Below are positions 61,470 to 64,000 of a DNA stretch of 64,000 nt, piece by piece. The translations under genes and the position numbers were made by a program. The notes under the pieces were generated by a model that worked only from the letters and a program-made list of their open reading frames with translations, searched no databases and was not told the origin of the DNA. The DNA lies in assembly GCF_001194135.2 (NCBI RefSeq), contig NC_068983.1:3197754-3261753 (forward strand). The letters run 5' to 3'. The first letter of the stretch is position 1; each line of letters starts with the position of its first letter. The DNA comes from Octopus bimaculoides (Eukaryota).

Positions 61470-61855
61470 AACAACGTCAGTTTAAACTATTTCCCAACAC
61501 TTATTGTATTTGAAACCGCGAACTAACTTTTTAAGGACCTGACTTTTTTAATGAGGAATTTTAATAACCTACTTGAATTTCAGACAAGCCCTGCACAATA
61601 TTCCTGATTCAAATCATTCCAGGACTCCAAAACAGTTGCATAATAGATATATCTGTGTAACATAGCACGAAGCTCTGCTAGAGAAGATGCTTTATGGAAA
61701 ACCATGCAGGTCTTGGAAAAGGGTGCGGTTTGGCATTTTCCAAACAAGATGGAGAACCTCTTTGCTATTAATTCCTGCGTCTGTTTACCATTTATCCACT
61801 TTTCAGTAGCTTTGACATAATCACTAGCGAAATACGACTCAAGACGTTCTGTAAC
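61470..61855 (-). mobile_element. Possible Tc1-like transposase C-terminal remnant
   Basis: SSLAELRAM...ESWNDLNQEYCAGLV resembles the Tc1 C-terminal pattern EL...W..L..E....LV; weak. Confidence 0.35.
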
Positions 61856-62010
61856 AAGCACAACAACTTAGCGGTTCATCAAAGAGACTGATAGAATAAG
61901 TACCAGGCTTTAAAAAATGTACTTAGGTCGATTTATTCGACTAAAATTTCTTGAAGGCGGTGGCTGCATGGCTGAAATAAGTAGAAAGAAAGAAGAAGAA
62001 AAAGATAAAT
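61855..62010 (+). mobile_element. SINE family B 3' fragment
   Basis: AACTTAGCGGTTC...GACTGATAGAATAAGTACCAGGC...GAAGGCGGTGGCTGCATGGCTGAAA. Confidence 0.7.
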
Positions 62011-62104
62011 GTCCGCTGGTATGTATGCGTGTGTGCGTATGGTCATCTCTCTATATGTGAGTGTGTATGCCTGTGCGTTCTTACACACGCAATGATATAT
62101 ATGT

Positions 62105-64000
62105 AACTTTGATAGGTTTCGGCCAGTATAGGCCCCGGCCATGTCTAACATAACAGCACCACGTGGTGAAGTCATTCAGTCATATATGGGACACCATGGC
62201 ACACTCTAGCAAAGAGTTATTATTGTTGGAGACATATCCGGGTGGAGGAGGTTGGTCCGGGATTTATTGTAGAAATTTGTCTAGAGAACATTTTAATTTT
62301 ATGGGATCCGTTTCCGTTTTGACGTATTTTGGTATGGTATTAAAAACAGCTGGACCGGTTGAGGTAAAGTAGCTATGTCGTAATGTTGCTACGTGTCCTG
62401 AGTTCGATTTTTGTAGTGGGCGGGTAGAACAGGGGCCAAGTCTTGGATGGATTTTAAAATTGATGCCAACATCATTTGTGCAATATTGATGGAATATTTT
62501 GCACATCACACAAATGATGTAACGCTCCCGGCGGCGTTGGAGATAGTAGAAATTGAGTTTTTTAGTTGACCCCAATAGTCAATGCCTCTCATGCTGCCTA
62601 TCTTTCTTGTTATTGACCTCTGGAGTGCTTCCACTTTCATAACGAGTTGCTTCGTATGGGGAGACCACAGTGGGCAACAATATTCAAGGTGGGGTCGGGC
62701 AAAAGTAGAGTAGAGAAGGATGATGGTGTAGGCATCTCTAGACCGGAAAGTTCTCAGAATTCAGGAGCACATCTTGCGAGCCAAGTCAACCTTACTATTT
62801 ACGTGGGAACTCCAGCTTAGATTGCTATCAACAATTACTGCAAAGTCTTTGGTGTTGCTGTATGACCCTAGGGAGTCGCCCGAGAGAAGAGCTTATGGTA
62901 ATTTCAGAGTATACTCTTTTCTAAAGTGGATCAAATCAAACTAATCTTCATTTAGAAGCATATTGTTTTTTTCCGTCCATTGGATAACAGCAAACAGATC
63001 CGAAGGCATGTTCGATCTCCCATACTGTTTATGGCTTTCTGGAGTCTTGCATCATCAGCAAAGATTTTCAATGTAGAATGTTTGATGACGTCCACCATAT
63101 CATTGATGTAGATAATGAAGAGGAGTGTAGGCAACACAGTACCTTGTGGGACACCACTATGACTTTGGCTGAGCTTGATCGTATTCCCTCAAACACATGT
63201 TTTTTGTTCGTCAGGAAACACTTTATCCACTGCAGCAGCTTTCCACGGACCCCAATGCTGGACAGTTTCTTCAGCAGGATTTTGTGGTCCACTCTGTCAA
63301 ATACCTTGCTGAAATCAAGGTATATGATGGTCAGTGTTGGAGTCCTCTCCCAACGCGTTTAAGATGTCATCAAAATGGTGTAGCAGCTGCGTCAGGCAGT
63401 CCCTGCCATCATGGAAACCATGCTGGTTGTTGTGTCTCAGGAAGTGAGTTATTCGCGATCTCACCACCCTCTCAAATACTTTAATGAAATGAGAAGTGAG
63501 CAAAATCGGACGGTAGTTAATTGCAAGAAATTTGTTTCCCTTTTTGAAAACTGGAACGACAGACTGGGAAAGAAAATGATCAGGAATGTTACCTGCATCA
63601 AGTGAGTTTCTCCAGAGCTCTGCTAGAGGGGGTGCAATTTGACAGTGCCCGGGAACTAATCTTGACCTACTGCCGAGTTGTGCTTGATCGTATTTATTTC
63701 TGTTAGGATATCAGAAGCACCAAAAGTTATGTTAGATATGGTTAGCTGAGGGTTTACATCACTGATACTAGCCAGGTCAACCGCATTAGTGTTACTGAAA
63801 ACAGAGCATATGGATTTGCATCATCATGTAGAGTGTTGTTCCCATCAACCAGAAGACCAACAGTGGAAACAGCGTCTGTATGTGTTTTTGAAAATGAAAA
63901 GAACATTTTGGGATTGAGTTTTATTTTCTCAATGGCCCAACTCTCCTCAGCTGCTCTTTGACTGTTAATGATGGTCATCAAGCTTTTTTGGAGGTCGTAT
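62105..64000 (-). mobile_element. CR1/L2-like LINE, reverse transcriptase region to 3' end, frameshifted; continues beyond the window
   Basis: IKLNPKMFF; LTSHFIKVFERVVR..I..FL...QHGF..GRDCLTQLL; DFSKVFDRVDH.ILL.KL..IGVRGKLL.WI..FL; LLFIIYINDM...LKIFADD; C-terminal FNTIPKYV...LDKFLQ.IPDQP. Confidence 0.92.

Overview
Repeat-dense eukaryotic scaffold with 11 runs of N. The two dominant tRNA-derived SINE families and the very high microsatellite load point to an octopus (coleoid cephalopod) genome; this is an inference from recognising the repeats. I recognise no intact protein-coding gene, rRNA, true tRNA or CRISPR array, and most ORFs in the track are microsatellite or N-gap artefacts. The window is mostly decayed mobile elements: about 25 copies of SINE family A, about 10 of SINE family B, LINE fragments (CR1/L2-like, RTE, R4/Dong-like, Hero-like), Penelope-like fragments, DNA transposons (hAT/Buster, Chapaev3-like, Tc1/mariner, MITEs, a Helentron-type HINE) and a heavily decayed DIRS/Ngaro-like remnant (RNase H, tyrosine recombinase, SGNH hydrolase). 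The most interesting signal is a set of minimal type I hammerhead ribozyme motifs, none visible in the ORF track, in four different element contexts: a tRNA-headed SINE-like element (30088-30133), the middle of a TIR-bounded MITE-like element (8108-8165), both arms of a 280-bp foldback as U3-A8 core variants (33698-33801), and a probably inactivated copy (60906-60953). A few isolated candidate exons hint at a host gene with very long introns, but I cannot identify it. Coordinates of decayed repeats are approximate.
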